Under the pieces are notes generated by a model. The model saw only the letters and a list, made by a program, of their open reading frames with translations. It had not been told where the DNA came from and did not search any database. A DNA stretch of 61,983 nt, filler included, from Choristocarpus tenellus KU-1152 (Eukaryota > Protista > Phaeophyceae), in the NCBI GenBank assembly GCA_964200185.2. It is 10 parts of 10 records of this genome, joined end to end, with 100 filler letters (N's around TTAATTAATTAA, not from the genome) between each part and the next. Parts side by side here need not be neighbours in the genome. Positions count along the whole stretch, not along the records: positions 59,113 to 61,983 come from CAXNAD020024053.1; 9 more parts are not named here. The stretch is one strand, 5' to 3'. The position numbers and the translations under genes are program-made. Below, piece by piece: positions 61,540 through 61,983 of this stretch; the first letter of the stretch is position 1; every line of letters begins with the position of its first letter.

Positions 61540-61983
61540 AATTCCATGCTCAGAAGGCTGGTGTGAAATGAAATGGCCTGTACATAAGAACAGAGGAAAT
61601 GTTTTTTTGTACAGAAGCAGTCTATTCGATGTGTTGTGCCCACATACAGAGTCAGAGATCATATTGCTGCCAATGCCCTAACAAAATAACACACAAAATC
61701 GTTATGGCTCGACACTTGGATGAGCTCCGTAGCACACAAGGAGCACCTTTACAGCAGTGGTTCATGATCAAGCCTTGGCAGCAGGGCCTTGACGCTTCTG
61801 TTCCAATACAGCACATGGCACTATGTTCCCCTCCCCTCAAGCCAGCATTCTGTTGTCTCTAGATCTTTTGTGCGCTGAGGTGTTGTAAGATCCCCTAGTT
61901 TGACACCCATTTGGCAAGCGATTTTTCTTTGGATTCGGTTCGGGCAGGGGGGGGGGGGGGGGAAAAGGAAGGGGCATGGAGAT

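Noticed and set aside
1-61983. Tyrosinase + amidohydrolase (LigI-like) + discoidin gene as a phenolic-metabolism cluster
   Set aside because: They lie on different contigs joined artificially; no evidence of linkage.

Overview
Eukaryotic genomic DNA, intron-rich and packed with transposon debris; most likely a brown alga or related stramenopile (inference from gene families, intron density, a plastid-type leader and TTAGGG tracts). It is not one locus: ten contigs are joined by an artificial 100-nt spacer (44 N + TTAATTAATTAA + 44 N), so adjacency across spacers has no biological meaning. Two complete spliced genes could be rebuilt by hand with all intron phases consistent: a 14-exon, 768-aa membrane-anchored type-3 copper (tyrosinase-like) protein (1180-13248,+) and a 9-exon, ~342-aa Amidohydro_2 enzyme with a probable plastid leader (18151-25817,+). 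Partial genes are the 5' end of CPSF73/CPSF3 (-), two exons of a DCAF11/LEC14B-like WD40 protein (+), a coiled-coil protein (-), a low-complexity orphan (-) and a discoidin/F5-8C-like repeat pseudogene (-). Mobile DNA includes 11 copies of a ~255-bp MITE (GAG...CTC ends, mostly 4-bp TSDs), about 5 copies or ends of a related G-tract MITE, a TGT-ended TIR family, two Ty3/Gypsy pol relics, two mariner relics and several LINE relics. I see no convincing new multi-gene system. The best leads are the unusual tyrosinase architecture and the two MITE families that share internal motifs but differ in termini and TSD. Family assignments come from recalled motifs, not database searches.
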